Virus record (IMG/VR): IMGVR_UViG_3300031760_000003
Location: 101,480-165,479 of that record
From: a virus
Lineage: Duplodnaviria; Caudoviricetes
Reading direction: 5' to 3' (one strand)
Length of the DNA: 64,000 bases
Shown here: one piece after another, positions 47,257 to 57,600 of the stretch
How the letters are laid out: each line of letters starts with the position of its first letter
How positions within the stretch are numbered: the stretch's first letter is position 1
Notes under the pieces: generated by a model
What the model saw: only the letters and a program-made list of their open reading frames with translations
What the model was told of the DNA's origin: nothing
Databases searched by the model: none
Made by a program: the position numbers and the translations under genes

Positions 47257-48365
47257 TGGGTTATCAATATGATAAAGATAAAATTAAACAAGAGTTAACA
47301 ATAAATCAAGTAGCGGATTTTGTTGCGGAGTTAGGCGGAGAGCCGATAGAGAGAAATGGTATGTTAGTTTGCAAAACTATCTGTCATTGCGGGCAGCACC
47401 ATAAACTTTATTACTACCCTAATACAAACTTGTTTAAATGTTATACCGAGTGCGGCGATACCTTTGATATCTATGACTTGGTAAAAAGAGTTAAAAGTAG
47501 AGATGACGCTAAATATAGTACGGCTAAATCTATTCATTATGTAGCCCAGTATTTTGGCTATAGTCCAGATGTAGCCTTTGAAGATGATGAAACTGATGAA
47601 GAATTAAATAAATATTGGGCGGTATTTAATTCATATGATAGAATTAAAGACATTAACAAAGAAACTCAGCAGGTAGAGTTGAAATTTTACAATGATAATG
47701 TAATAAAGAATCTTCCCAGACCGAGATTATTAAACTGGGAATCAGAGGGAATAACAAAAGAAATTTGTGATTATCACAATATTTGTTATGACCCTAAGAA
47801 TTGCGGTATAGTTATACCACATTATGATGAAAATAATAATCTTATTGGTATAAGGGAAAGAACTCTTATAACTGAAAATGCAGAGCGATACGGTAAGTAT
47901 TTACCCGCCCGCATTAATAATGTGATGTATAATCATCCTTTGTCTTTTGCTCTATATAACTTAAATTGGAGTAAAGATAATATTAAAAAGATTAAAAAGG
48001 CTATTGTTTTCGAATCCGAGAAGAGTTGTTTACAATATGCATCTATGTTTGGAAGAGAAAATGATATATCAGTAGCCTGCTGCGGAAGCTCGTTAATTGG
48101 TTATCAAGTGGAGTTATTAAAAAATAAAGGTGTTAACGAAATCATTGTAGGTTTTGACCATGACTTTACTGATTTAACAGAAAAGACTGCAAAGAATATT
48201 ATAAAAAAATATAAAAGTATTTACTTAAAATATGGTAACTATATAACAATTAGTTTTATATGGGATAAGAATAATCTTACTCCATATAAAGCTTCACCTA
48301 CAGATTGCGGGAAGGAGATATTTTTGACATTGTTCAAAGAAAGAGTTAATTTATATGAAAATTAG
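47256..48365 (+). CDS. dnaG: DNA primase
   Basis: Zn finger TICH...KCYTEC, IPHYD...GIRER, TOPRIM FESEKS...GFDHD. Confidence 0.85.
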   Translation: MGYQYDKDKIKQELTINQVADFVAELGGEPIERNGMLVCKTICHCGQHHKLYYYPNTNLFKCYTECGDTFDIYDLVKRVKSRDDAKYSTAKSIHYVAQYFGYSPDVAFEDDETDEELNKYWAVFNSYDRIKDINKETQQVELKFYNDNVIKNLPRPRLLNWESEGITKEICDYHNICYDPKNCGIVIPHYDENNNLIGIRERTLITENAERYGKYLPARINNVMYNHPLSFALYNLNWSKDNIKKIKKAIVFESEKSCLQYASMFGRENDISVACCGSSLIGYQVELLKNKGVNEIIVGFDHDFTDLTEKTAKNIIKKYKSIYLKYGNYITISFIWDKNNLTPYKASPTDCGKEIFLTLFKERVNLYEN

Positions 48366-50136
48366 ATGTTTAACAAAAGAAGTAAAAAGAAATCCAAAAG
48401 AACAAATATTGATTAATAGGGGAATAACTGATACCAGTTATTTAGAAAATACAGATAGCCATATCAACCCATGCACTGCTTTCAATGAAGATTTACTTAA
48501 AGCGGGAGCCAAGATGCTTTTATCACATATCGCCGCAGAGGATAAAGCTTTTATTATAGTTGATAGTGACTGTGATGGATTTACAAGTTCAGCCATTTTA
48601 ATAAATTATCTATATGAAGTTGTACCCGCATGGGTTCACTGCTTTCTTAAATGGGGTATGCATGAGGGAAAACAGCATGGTTTGAATGATTTTATTGACA
48701 GATTAGAAAATAGCGATTATAAGTTAATAATCTGTCCGGACTCAGCAACGAATGATATTGAAGCAATAGAAAGACTTCATAATAAAGGTATAGATGTTTT
48801 AATACTAGACCATCACTTGTCAGATGTTCCTATGAGTCCTTATGCAGTAACTATAAATTCTCAATATGATTATCCTAATGTATTCTTATCTGGTGCGGGA
48901 GTTGTTTACCAGTTTTGTAAATATTTGGATAAGATAAGCACTCAAAATATAGCAGATATGTTCCTTGACCTTACCGCACTTGGTAATATGGGCGATATGA
49001 TGAGTATGACTTCTCTTGAAACAAAAGAGTTAATTTTAAAAGGTTTTAAGGAATGTAATATTAGAAACCCATTTATTGAAGGGATGAGTAGAAAACAAGA
49101 ATTTTCACTTAGTAAGTCTGATTATAAGCCTTCTAACAATAATGATTTATTATTTACACCATTTGGTGCTGCTTTCTTTATCGTTCCTTTTGTCAACGCT
49201 ATAAACAGAAGTGGAACAATGGAAGAGAAAGAATTGATTTTTAACTCTATGTTAACTATGAAAGCATTTGAGTTAATTCCTTCTAACAAGAGAGGACATA
49301 AATTAGGTGAGACCGAAAGAGTTTTAGACCAGGCGTTAAGAACTTGTACTAATGTTAAGAATAGGCAGACAAGAATACAAGATGCGGGAATGGAGCTTTT
49401 GGAGCAATATATTCAAAAGGATGATATGCTAAAACATAAAGTTCTTGTTTTTAAACTTGCGGAAGGCGAGATAGACCGTAACGTAGCCGGTTTATGTGCC
49501 AATAAGATTATGGCGACATATCAAAGACCCGTATGTGTAGTCACTAAGACTAATGATGAGTATGTTGGGTCTATGCGAGGATATAATAAAACTGGACTTG
49601 CAAGTTTTAAAGAGATTGCGGAGACCTCTTCCGCATGCAATTGGAGCAGAGGTCATGAGAATGCCGCAGGTATAAGTATTAATAATCCAGATGCTTTTGT
49701 TAAAGATATGGATGAAAAATTGGCTAATATTGAAACTGACATTGTTTATTATGTTGACTATTGTTGGGAACAGAATGAAGTTAATGGAGATATAATATTA
49801 GCGTTATCAGAAATGAATGATTATATTGGTACTGACTTTGATAGACCTCTTGTTTTCATCTCAAATATACAGGTTAATGATAGTAATTTAAAAGTAATGA
49901 AAGGAAATACTTTAAAGATTACTTTACCTAATGGTATTGATATTATTAAATTTGGCGGTACTGATGAAGAAATTGAACAATGGAGCAATGGTACTACGTT
50001 AAATATGGTATGTAAATGCAATAGAAATGAATGGAATTGGCAAGTAAATCCTCAACTTGAATGTGTTGATTATGAGATTTATGAGCCTTCAAATCAAAAT
50101 AATGTTAATGATGTATTAAAATTATGGAATTTTTAA
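48355..50136 (+). CDS. recJ: RecJ-like ssDNA exonuclease (DHH)
   Basis: DSDCDG, ILDHH, SGAGV, GSMRG, GHENAAG. Confidence 0.9.
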   Translation: MKIRCLTKEVKRNPKEQILINRGITDTSYLENTDSHINPCTAFNEDLLKAGAKMLLSHIAAEDKAFIIVDSDCDGFTSSAILINYLYEVVPAWVHCFLKWGMHEGKQHGLNDFIDRLENSDYKLIICPDSATNDIEAIERLHNKGIDVLILDHHLSDVPMSPYAVTINSQYDYPNVFLSGAGVVYQFCKYLDKISTQNIADMFLDLTALGNMGDMMSMTSLETKELILKGFKECNIRNPFIEGMSRKQEFSLSKSDYKPSNNNDLLFTPFGAAFFIVPFVNAINRSGTMEEKELIFNSMLTMKAFELIPSNKRGHKLGETERVLDQALRTCTNVKNRQTRIQDAGMELLEQYIQKDDMLKHKVLVFKLAEGEIDRNVAGLCANKIMATYQRPVCVVTKTNDEYVGSMRGYNKTGLASFKEIAETSSACNWSRGHENAAGISINNPDAFVKDMDEKLANIETDIVYYVDYCWEQNEVNGDIILALSEMNDYIGTDFDRPLVFISNIQVNDSNLKVMKGNTLKITLPNGIDIIKFGGTDEEIEQWSNGTTLNMVCKCNRNEWNWQVNPQLECVDYEIYEPSNQNNVNDVLKLWNF

Positions 50137-50149
50137 AAGGAGAAAGAAA

Positions 50150-50947
50150 ATGGCATTAATAGGAGCTATATTAGGAGATATTAGTGGTTCGCAATATGAG
50201 TTTACACGTTTAAGACCTAAAGATTTGGATTGGCAGCATGTTCCACTTTTTACAGATAAATGCAGATTTACAGATGATAGTCTTTTAAGTATTGCCACTA
50301 AAGATGCAATTTTAAAGAATCCTGATAAGCCAGATTTTCAAATTGCTTATTATGAGTTTGGTAATAAATATTGTAAGTGTGGTTTTGGCGGTAAGTTTAG
50401 AGAATGGCTTCAGTCATCAAATCCGCAACCTTACGGATCATTTGGTAATGGTTCTGCTATGAGATGCTCTTTTATCGGAGAGTATTATGACGATATAAAT
50501 GAGGTTACTGAAAAAGCAAAAATGTCTGCAGAAGTAACTCACAATAGTCCAGAAGGTATAAAGGGAGCATGTGTTACTGCTGTTTGTGTATGGGCGGCAA
50601 AACATGGAAAAACTAAAGCTGAGATTTTCGATTATGTTAAACGATTTTATCAAGATTCGCAGAAATATAAGTATCCCATTACTCACACATTAAAGACAAT
50701 ACGTCCTGTGTATAGATGGGATGTTACCTGTCAAGGTTCAGTACCTCCTGCAGTAAGATGCTTTCTTGAGGCAGATAATTGGGAAGGATTTATGAGAAAC
50801 GTAATGTCTCTTCCTTGTGATATGGATACTCTTGGAGCAATCGGCGGCGGGATGGCAGAAGAATTCTTTAAAGGTACCGGTCAAGATAATTTAGTGATTC
50901 TCGAAAGGTACTTGCCGCAAGAGTTATTAGATATTGTTTTAAAATAA
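50150..50947 (+). CDS. ADP-ribosylglycohydrolase (DraG/ARH family)
   Basis: GAILGDISG, FTDDS, GNGSAMR, THNSPEG, DMDTLGAIGG. Confidence 0.92.
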   Translation: MALIGAILGDISGSQYEFTRLRPKDLDWQHVPLFTDKCRFTDDSLLSIATKDAILKNPDKPDFQIAYYEFGNKYCKCGFGGKFREWLQSSNPQPYGSFGNGSAMRCSFIGEYYDDINEVTEKAKMSAEVTHNSPEGIKGACVTAVCVWAAKHGKTKAEIFDYVKRFYQDSQKYKYPITHTLKTIRPVYRWDVTCQGSVPPAVRCFLEADNWEGFMRNVMSLPCDMDTLGAIGGGMAEEFFKGTGQDNLVILERYLPQELLDIVLK

Positions 50948-51011
50948 AATTTTTGATTTTTATAAAAATTTATGCTATAATTTTTATATAAAATAAAAAG
51001 GTAGAATAAAA

Positions 51012-52190
51012 ATGGAATTAACAAATAAACAGGAAGCCGGTTTGGCGGAAGTATTAAGAAAATATAATAATCACGATAAGTATGCGGTTATCTCAGGGTA
51101 TGCCGGTACTGGCAAATCGACACTTGTAAAGTTTATTATAGAAGCGTTAGATGTTGAACAGGATAAAGTTGCATATGCTACTTTTACAGGTAAAGCTGCA
51201 GAGGTACTCCGCAAAAAGGGTAATCCTAATGCTATGACTTTATGTAAGCTGTTATATGAAAGTATCCCCAAAAGGGGCGGTGGTTTTTTCAGAATTCCTA
51301 GAAACCAGCTTGAGTATACTGTGATAGTAGTGGACGAGGTGTCCATGGTACCCAAGACAATGATAGATATGCTACTTAAACATAGAGTATTTTGTATTTT
51401 CCTGGGAGACCCCTGCCAGTTGCCGCAGATAGATAAAAAGGAATCTCACACACTTTTGGATAAACCGGATATATTTTTGGATGAAATTATGAGACAAGCA
51501 CAAGAGTCAGAGATCATCCGATTAACAATGGATATTAGAGAGGGTAAATCTATATCTTATCAAAAAGGTAATGAAGTAATGGTAATACCTAAATCTGAAT
51601 TAGTAACAGGACATTTAACATGGGCTGATGCTATATTATGTGCAACTAATGCAACTAGACATAGTTTAAATATTCAGATGCGGCAATTGCTTGGTTTTCA
51701 AGGTGTTCTTAATAATGGCGAAAAGGTCATAGTAAAAAGAAATTATTGGGAAGATTGCAATGAAGACGGAGACTCTTTAGTAAATGGTACTGTCGGTACT
51801 ATTCATAATATTTTTGATAGTTTTGTACAGATTCCCACTTATATTAAAAATGATAGGCATACCATCCCTATTATTATAGGAGACTTCATTCCCGAAAGTG
51901 GTAAGCCTTTTAATCATATAGATATGGATAAAGACTTCTTGTTAAAAGAAGAACCCTGTGTAGATTGGAGAGTATCTTATCAGATAGGTAAATTAAAACA
52001 AAAAATTGGAGATATTTTACCTAAACAGTTAACTTATGGTTACGCTCTTACGACTCATGCAGCACAAGGTAGTGAATGGGATAAAGTTCTCGTTATAGAA
52101 GAATCTTTCCCGTTTGATAAAGAAGAACATAAGCGATGGCTTTATACAGCTGCGACTCGTGCTTCTTCACGTCTTGTACTAGTTCGATAA
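51012..52190 (+). CDS. RecD/Dda-like SF1B helicase
   Basis: GYAGTGKS, VDEVSMV, GDPCQL, YGYALTTHAAQGSEW, LYTAATRA. Confidence 0.9.
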   Translation: MELTNKQEAGLAEVLRKYNNHDKYAVISGYAGTGKSTLVKFIIEALDVEQDKVAYATFTGKAAEVLRKKGNPNAMTLCKLLYESIPKRGGGFFRIPRNQLEYTVIVVDEVSMVPKTMIDMLLKHRVFCIFLGDPCQLPQIDKKESHTLLDKPDIFLDEIMRQAQESEIIRLTMDIREGKSISYQKGNEVMVIPKSELVTGHLTWADAILCATNATRHSLNIQMRQLLGFQGVLNNGEKVIVKRNYWEDCNEDGDSLVNGTVGTIHNIFDSFVQIPTYIKNDRHTIPIIIGDFIPESGKPFNHIDMDKDFLLKEEPCVDWRVSYQIGKLKQKIGDILPKQLTYGYALTTHAAQGSEWDKVLVIEESFPFDKEEHKRWLYTAATRASSRLVLVR

Positions 52191-52560
52191 TCTATTTGGA
52201 TAAAACTTTTTAATTGTTCTAGCATAGAAATAAAATATAGTACAAGAATAAGGAGGAAATGAATAATGATAAAAAATATTGCTTATGTATTATATACAGA
52301 AGATAAGAATGAATGGAAAGAAATTTACAATAATAGATTTAGAATTGTAATAGCTAAATATAATCCTAAAACAACTTCAATGTTTTTAGGTCAAAGATTC
52401 CATATAATTTATTGTGATGCAGCTTTTACACAGTCTAACTGGGGACAAAAAATAATTAATGAGTGTATTAAACCTTGCGCTAGCTTAGGAGAAGCAGAAT
52501 TTTATTTAATATAACACAGCTGCGACGAGGACAGCAAAGAAACTAATATTAGTGAGGTAA
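52146..52560 (+). mobile_element. Moron-like insertion that replaced the helicase 3' end
   Basis: 11-nt repeat acagctgcgac at 52146 and 52516; the orphan copy encodes TAATRTAKKLILVR* versus the in-gene TAATRASSRLVLVR*. Confidence 0.7.
52266..52514 (+). CDS. Hypothetical cargo protein of the insertion
   Basis: RBS aaggagg; own upstream promoter-like motif. Confidence 0.65.
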   Translation: MIKNIAYVLYTEDKNEWKEIYNNRFRIVIAKYNPKTTSMFLGQRFHIIYCDAAFTQSNWGQKIINECIKPCASLGEAEFYLI

Positions 52561-52565
52561 TACTC

Positions 52566-52715
52566 ATGGCATTTGAAGAAGAATGTAAAATAATTAAACA
52601 ACAAGTATTAGATGGAAATTTTCATAATATTGCTTTTGATGGGGCTTTAAGCATCATCATTCAAGCTATTGCAGATGGATATATTTTAACAAAAGAGGAT
52701 AATAAAAATGAATGA
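52566..52715 (+). CDS. Small hypothetical protein (49 aa)
   Basis: RBS gaggt lies inside the relic helicase end; ORF read manually. Confidence 0.5.
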   Translation: MAFEEECKIIKQQVLDGNFHNIAFDGALSIIIQAIADGYILTKEDNKNE

Positions 52716-52742
52716 ATGTGAAACAATAGGAGAGCATGACTA

Positions 52743-53150
52743 ATGACAGAGGTAAAAAGAATTGAAAGAGGATGGGCAGGACATTACATTTGTAGCGCAG
52801 ACTGCTCCTTCCGCAGAAATACTTTACTAGAATATGGTGATAAGAAATGGATAATTTCTACTGTTGGATGTCAAGTTGCAAGGCATGAATGTTTACCATA
52901 TTATAGAGAAGGTGATATTATCGAAGTAGGATACCAGAGATGGTATGAAACTATGGCATTTGAAGCTAAAAATATTGATGGTTATTTAGATGCGGATGTA
53001 ACAAAGCCAATTCAATTCACTAATGACTGGGGTATTTGGGGAGAAAAATGGTCAAATGTATTAGAGAAATACAATAATCTTCCCGATTTAGCAGCTAATG
53101 ATATGCATGAAAAGGTTGTTGAAGAATTAATGGAGAAAATTAAAGAATGA
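52743..53150 (+). CDS. Hypothetical protein
   Basis: ERGWAGHYIC...FRRNTLL...YETMAF. Confidence 0.65.
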   Translation: MTEVKRIERGWAGHYICSADCSFRRNTLLEYGDKKWIISTVGCQVARHECLPYYREGDIIEVGYQRWYETMAFEAKNIDGYLDADVTKPIQFTNDWGIWGEKWSNVLEKYNNLPDLAANDMHEKVVEELMEKIKE

Positions 53151-53875
53151 TAAAGACATTATACCCACAATTTCAAAGATGGTCTGAAAAAGGTTCAGTT
53201 TACATAGTATCAGATACGCACTTTGACGATGCAGATTGTAAATATATGAATCCAAATTGGATCACTCCGCAAGAGCATATTCAAAAACTTAAAAAAGAAA
53301 TACATAAAGGTGACACGTTAATTCACCTTGGTGATGTAGGTAATGCCTCATATCTTGACGAGTTAAAATGTTATAAGGTATTAATTACAGGTAACCATGA
53401 TATATTAAGTAAAGTAGCTAGTCATTTTGATGAAATCTACAATGGACCACTCTTTATAGCGGATAGAATTATCCTTAGCCATGAACCGATTCACGGATTA
53501 GAGAGTTTTGCTCTTAATATACATGGTCATGTACACAATGGATATACTATAGCTTTTACTGATATAGAAGGTGGCAAACATAGAACATCTCATATAAATC
53601 TCGCATCTGATATAGCACAGTGGGAACCAACCAACCTAAAAACTTTAATAGCGTCAGGTTTTTTGGCAGACATACCTAATTACCATAGAATAACAATAGA
53701 TAAGGCGGCAGAAAAAAAAGCAGACAGTAATCCTATTTTACATATTATTGAAAGCGTCTCCTTAGACAATTATGTAAGTATACCTGACCCTTGTAAAAAT
53801 TGTGGTAATCATCCGTCGAATGGCGGCAGTGGCTTTTGTAATTGTACTTTAGGTGGACCAACTATAACTTGTTAA
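53147..53875 (+). CDS. Calcineurin-like metallophosphoesterase with C-terminal Cys cluster
   Basis: SDTHF, LGDVG, GNHD, SHEP, HGHVH; C-terminal CKNCGNHPSNGGSGFCNC. Confidence 0.85.
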   Translation: MIKTLYPQFQRWSEKGSVYIVSDTHFDDADCKYMNPNWITPQEHIQKLKKEIHKGDTLIHLGDVGNASYLDELKCYKVLITGNHDILSKVASHFDEIYNGPLFIADRIILSHEPIHGLESFALNIHGHVHNGYTIAFTDIEGGKHRTSHINLASDIAQWEPTNLKTLIASGFLADIPNYHRITIDKAAEKKADSNPILHIIESVSLDNYVSIPDPCKNCGNHPSNGGSGFCNCTLGGPTITC

Positions 53876-53896
53876 TTTTATAAAAGGAGTAATATA

Positions 53897-54115
53897 ATGA
53901 GAGACCCTAATAGAATAAATTTATTTTGTAATGATTTAGCACTATATTGGAGAAAATACTTCCCTGATATGCGTTTCGGTCAGCTAATGTGCAACTTTTT
54001 TGGTTGGGTAGCCTCTGAAACCGGTAAGTGTAGAGATCCATTCTACCCCGAAGAAGAAAAAATGATAGAATACTTTAAAGAATATTGTGAAATGATGACT
54101 AGAAAGCCAGAATAA
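53897..54115 (+). CDS. Hypothetical protein (MRDPNRI...PDMRFGQL family)
   Basis: RBS aaggag; common phage motif. Confidence 0.65.
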   Translation: MRDPNRINLFCNDLALYWRKYFPDMRFGQLMCNFFGWVASETGKCRDPFYPEEEKMIEYFKEYCEMMTRKPE

Positions 54116-54117
54116 CT

Positions 54118-54546
54118 ATGGATATTAAAATATGTACGAGTTATTTTTATATGATACGTAACTTTACGCCCAATATTATTCCCGTATCCACAGCTTTATC
54201 TGACCCGGTATGGTACAGACCGCCGCAAGGAAAAGAATATTATATTGACAAAAGAGGAGTAATATGCGGGCTGAGGTATGAGCCACTTATAGTCCAGCGA
54301 CAAGCAACTATGATGTGCCCTTGCGAGAACCGAATGCAGGCTCCCGCATGTCCTACTATGATAGAATATGAGCAATTACTTTATTCTCTTGTCGATAAAG
54401 AGAGAACTTTAAAAGCGTTTGAATATTGCTGCAATAAGTTTAATGCGGATACTATTGCTTTAATAGTCTATGAAGCACCCGCAAACTTATGTAGCGAAAG
54501 ATTTGCTCTTCAAAAATTTTTTAATTGTAAAGAGTTAATATTATAA
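54118..54546 (+). CDS. DUF488-like protein
   Basis: ICTSYF N-terminus; LIVYE.P..LCSER. Confidence 0.5.
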   Translation: MDIKICTSYFYMIRNFTPNIIPVSTALSDPVWYRPPQGKEYYIDKRGVICGLRYEPLIVQRQATMMCPCENRMQAPACPTMIEYEQLLYSLVDKERTLKAFEYCCNKFNADTIALIVYEAPANLCSERFALQKFFNCKELIL

Positions 54547-54641
54547 GCAAGGAATATAAAAATTTCTTGCTTGATTTTATTTAAAAATTATGATATAATA
54601 ATTATAGAATGAAATAAAAAGAGAAAGGTAAAAAATATATT

Positions 54642-57600
54642 ATGAGCAGAATGGAATGTCATAGCCATACGATGTACAGTAATATTCGATTACTGGATGC
54701 TACTAACAAGCCTAAAGAGTTAATTGATAAGGCTATTGAGTTAGGGTTATCAGGCATAGCAATTACCGACCATGAATGTTTATCATGTCATGTTGAAGTA
54801 AATATGTATAGCCAGAAGTTAAAGGAGAAATTTCCAGATTTTAAAGTAGCTCTTGGAAATGAAATTTATTTAACTGACAATAGAGAGAGTAACCAGAAAT
54901 ATTATCATTTCATACTTGTGGCTAAGGATAAGGAAGGACATAAGCAGCTTAGAAAATTGTCAAGCGTAGCTTGGATGAACTCATATTATGATAGAGGTAT
55001 GGAGAGAGTTCCAACCTTAAAAAGTGAGTTATCAGAAGTAGTTAAAGCAAATCCTGGTCATCTCATTGCTACTACTGCTTGTATTGGTGGTGAATTAGGT
55101 AGTAATATTTTAAATCTTGAAGTCGCAAGAAAAGTTGGAGATAAGCAAACTGAGTCAGTTTGTAAACAAAATATTATTGATTTTATTCTTTTCTGCAAAG
55201 ATTTATTTGGTGATGATTTTTATTTTGAGGTAGCTCCTGCCGCAAATAAAGAACAGATTATCGTTAATAAGAAAATAGCTGAGTTATCAGTTGTTTTTGG
55301 AGTTAAAATGATAATTGGTTCAGATGCACATTATCTCACAAAAGAAGATAGATATGTCCATGAGGCTTTTCTTAACTCAAAAGGTGGAGAAAGAGAAGTC
55401 GCACAGTTTTACGAGTATGCCTATCTTCAGGCAGAGGAAGAGATAAAAGAAAATTTGGCTCCTTCTATTGCAGATTTGTATGAGCAAATGTGTAAAAATA
55501 GTATGGAGATTTATAATAAAATTGAAGATTATAGTCTTTTACATAGTCAGCAGATTCCTAAAGTTGCAGTAAAAGATTATCCTAAAGAAACAGTAGATTT
55601 AGGACACCCAATTTTAGCAGACATGTATAAATCTGACGATATATATGAAAGATATTGGGTTAATGAATGTGTAAATAAGTTAAAAGAATTAGGCAAAGAT
55701 AATGAAGAATATCTTGATAGACTTGAAGAAGAGGCAGATATCAAGAAGACAATAGGTAAAGCACTTGACACAAATATGTTCTCATATCCCATAACACTTC
55801 AGCATTATGTAGATTTGTTTTGGAAGTGCGGCAGTATGGTTGGTGCGGGAAGAGGTTCTTCTTGTTCTGGTCTTAACCATTATCTTTTAGGAGTTACACA
55901 GCTCGATCCTATAGAGTGGAATCTCCCATTCTGGAGATATCTGAATAAGGAAAGATATGAGTTAGGTGATATCGACCTCGATTTATGTCCATCTAAGAGA
56001 CCTATGATTCTTAATGAGATTAAAAAGGAAAGAGGCAAAAACTTCTTACCAGAGATAGATGATTTAACAAGACAGAATTGTGGTTGTACATTAATAGCAA
56101 CTTTTGGTACTGAAACAACTAAGTCTGCAATTCAGACGTCTTGTAGAGGTTATAGAAGTGATGAGTTCCCAGAGGGTATTGATGTAGATACAGCTCAGTA
56201 TTTATCTTCTCTTGTTCCTCAAGAAAGAGGATTCTTATGGGATCTTCACACTGTAGTTTATGGTGATACATCTAAGGGTAGAAAGCCGGTAACAGCTTTC
56301 ATCAATGAGGTTAATAGGTATCCTGGTCTGTTAAATATTATGTTCGGTATTGAAGGACTGATATCTCGAAGAGGTTCTCATGCTTCTGGAGTTATTATGT
56401 TTGATGAAGACCCCTATGAGTTTGGATGTTTTATGAAAACTCCTAGCGGAGATATTATAACTCAGTATGACCTCCATATGGCAGAAGCCGCAGGTATGAC
56501 AAAATATGACTTCTTGGTAACGCAGGTGCAGGATAAGTTAGTACAGGCGATAAAGTTTTTACAGGAAGATGGACAAATTGAAAGTGATTTATCATTAAGA
56601 GAGGTATATGATAAATATTTTCATCCTAGTGTTCTTCCAATAGAAGATAAGGCTATTTGGAAAAATATTCAGGATGTAAAGATACTTGACTTGTTCCAGT
56701 TTGATAGTACGGTTGGTAGTCAGAGTGCGAAAAAAATTAAACCTACAAATATTTTGGAATTAGCAGATGCTAATGGTTTGATGCGATTAATGACTAGTGA
56801 AGATGGCGGAGAGCAGCCTATAGATAAATATGTTCGTTTCAAGAATAACATTGAGTTATGGTATGATGAAATGAGGAGATATGGTTTAACTGATGAGGAA
56901 ATGGAAACTCTTAAACCGCATTTCTTAAAGTCGCATGGTGTACCGCCCTCACAGGAGCAGTTAATGACAATGTTAATGGATCCTAAGATTTGTCACTTTA
57001 GTCTTAAAGATGCAAACGCTGCTCGTAAAATTGTTGGTAAGAAGCAGATGGATAAGATTCCTGGTCTGCATAAGCAGGTTTTAGAGCAGGCGGCAAGACC
57101 TGAACTTGGTAAATATATTTGGGAATGTGGTATCGGACCTCAGATGGGTTATAGCTTCTCAGTTATCCATGCATTAGCATATAGTTTTATTGGATATCAA
57201 ACAGCTTATATTGCAACCAAGTGGAGTTCTATATATTGGGATGCCGCATGTCTTGTAGTTAACAGTGGCTCTCTTGGAGGAGAAGAAGAAAGCGAATCAG
57301 ATGTAGACACAGAAGAGGATAAGAAAAAAGAAAAAGGTACCGATTATGCAAAGATAGCTCGCGCGATAGGAGCGATTAAGACAAAAGGTATAGATGTATC
57401 ATTGGTAAATATCAATACTTCTGATTATAGTTTTAAGCCTGATGTTAAAAATAATCGTATCCTTTATGGTTTAAAAGCATTAAGTAATATTAGTGATGAG
57501 ACCGTAGCCAAGATTAAGGCGGGAAGACCTTATTCTAATATTAAGGATTTTATGCGGAGATGCCCTTTGACAACTCAGCCTATGATAAGTCTTATTAAAG

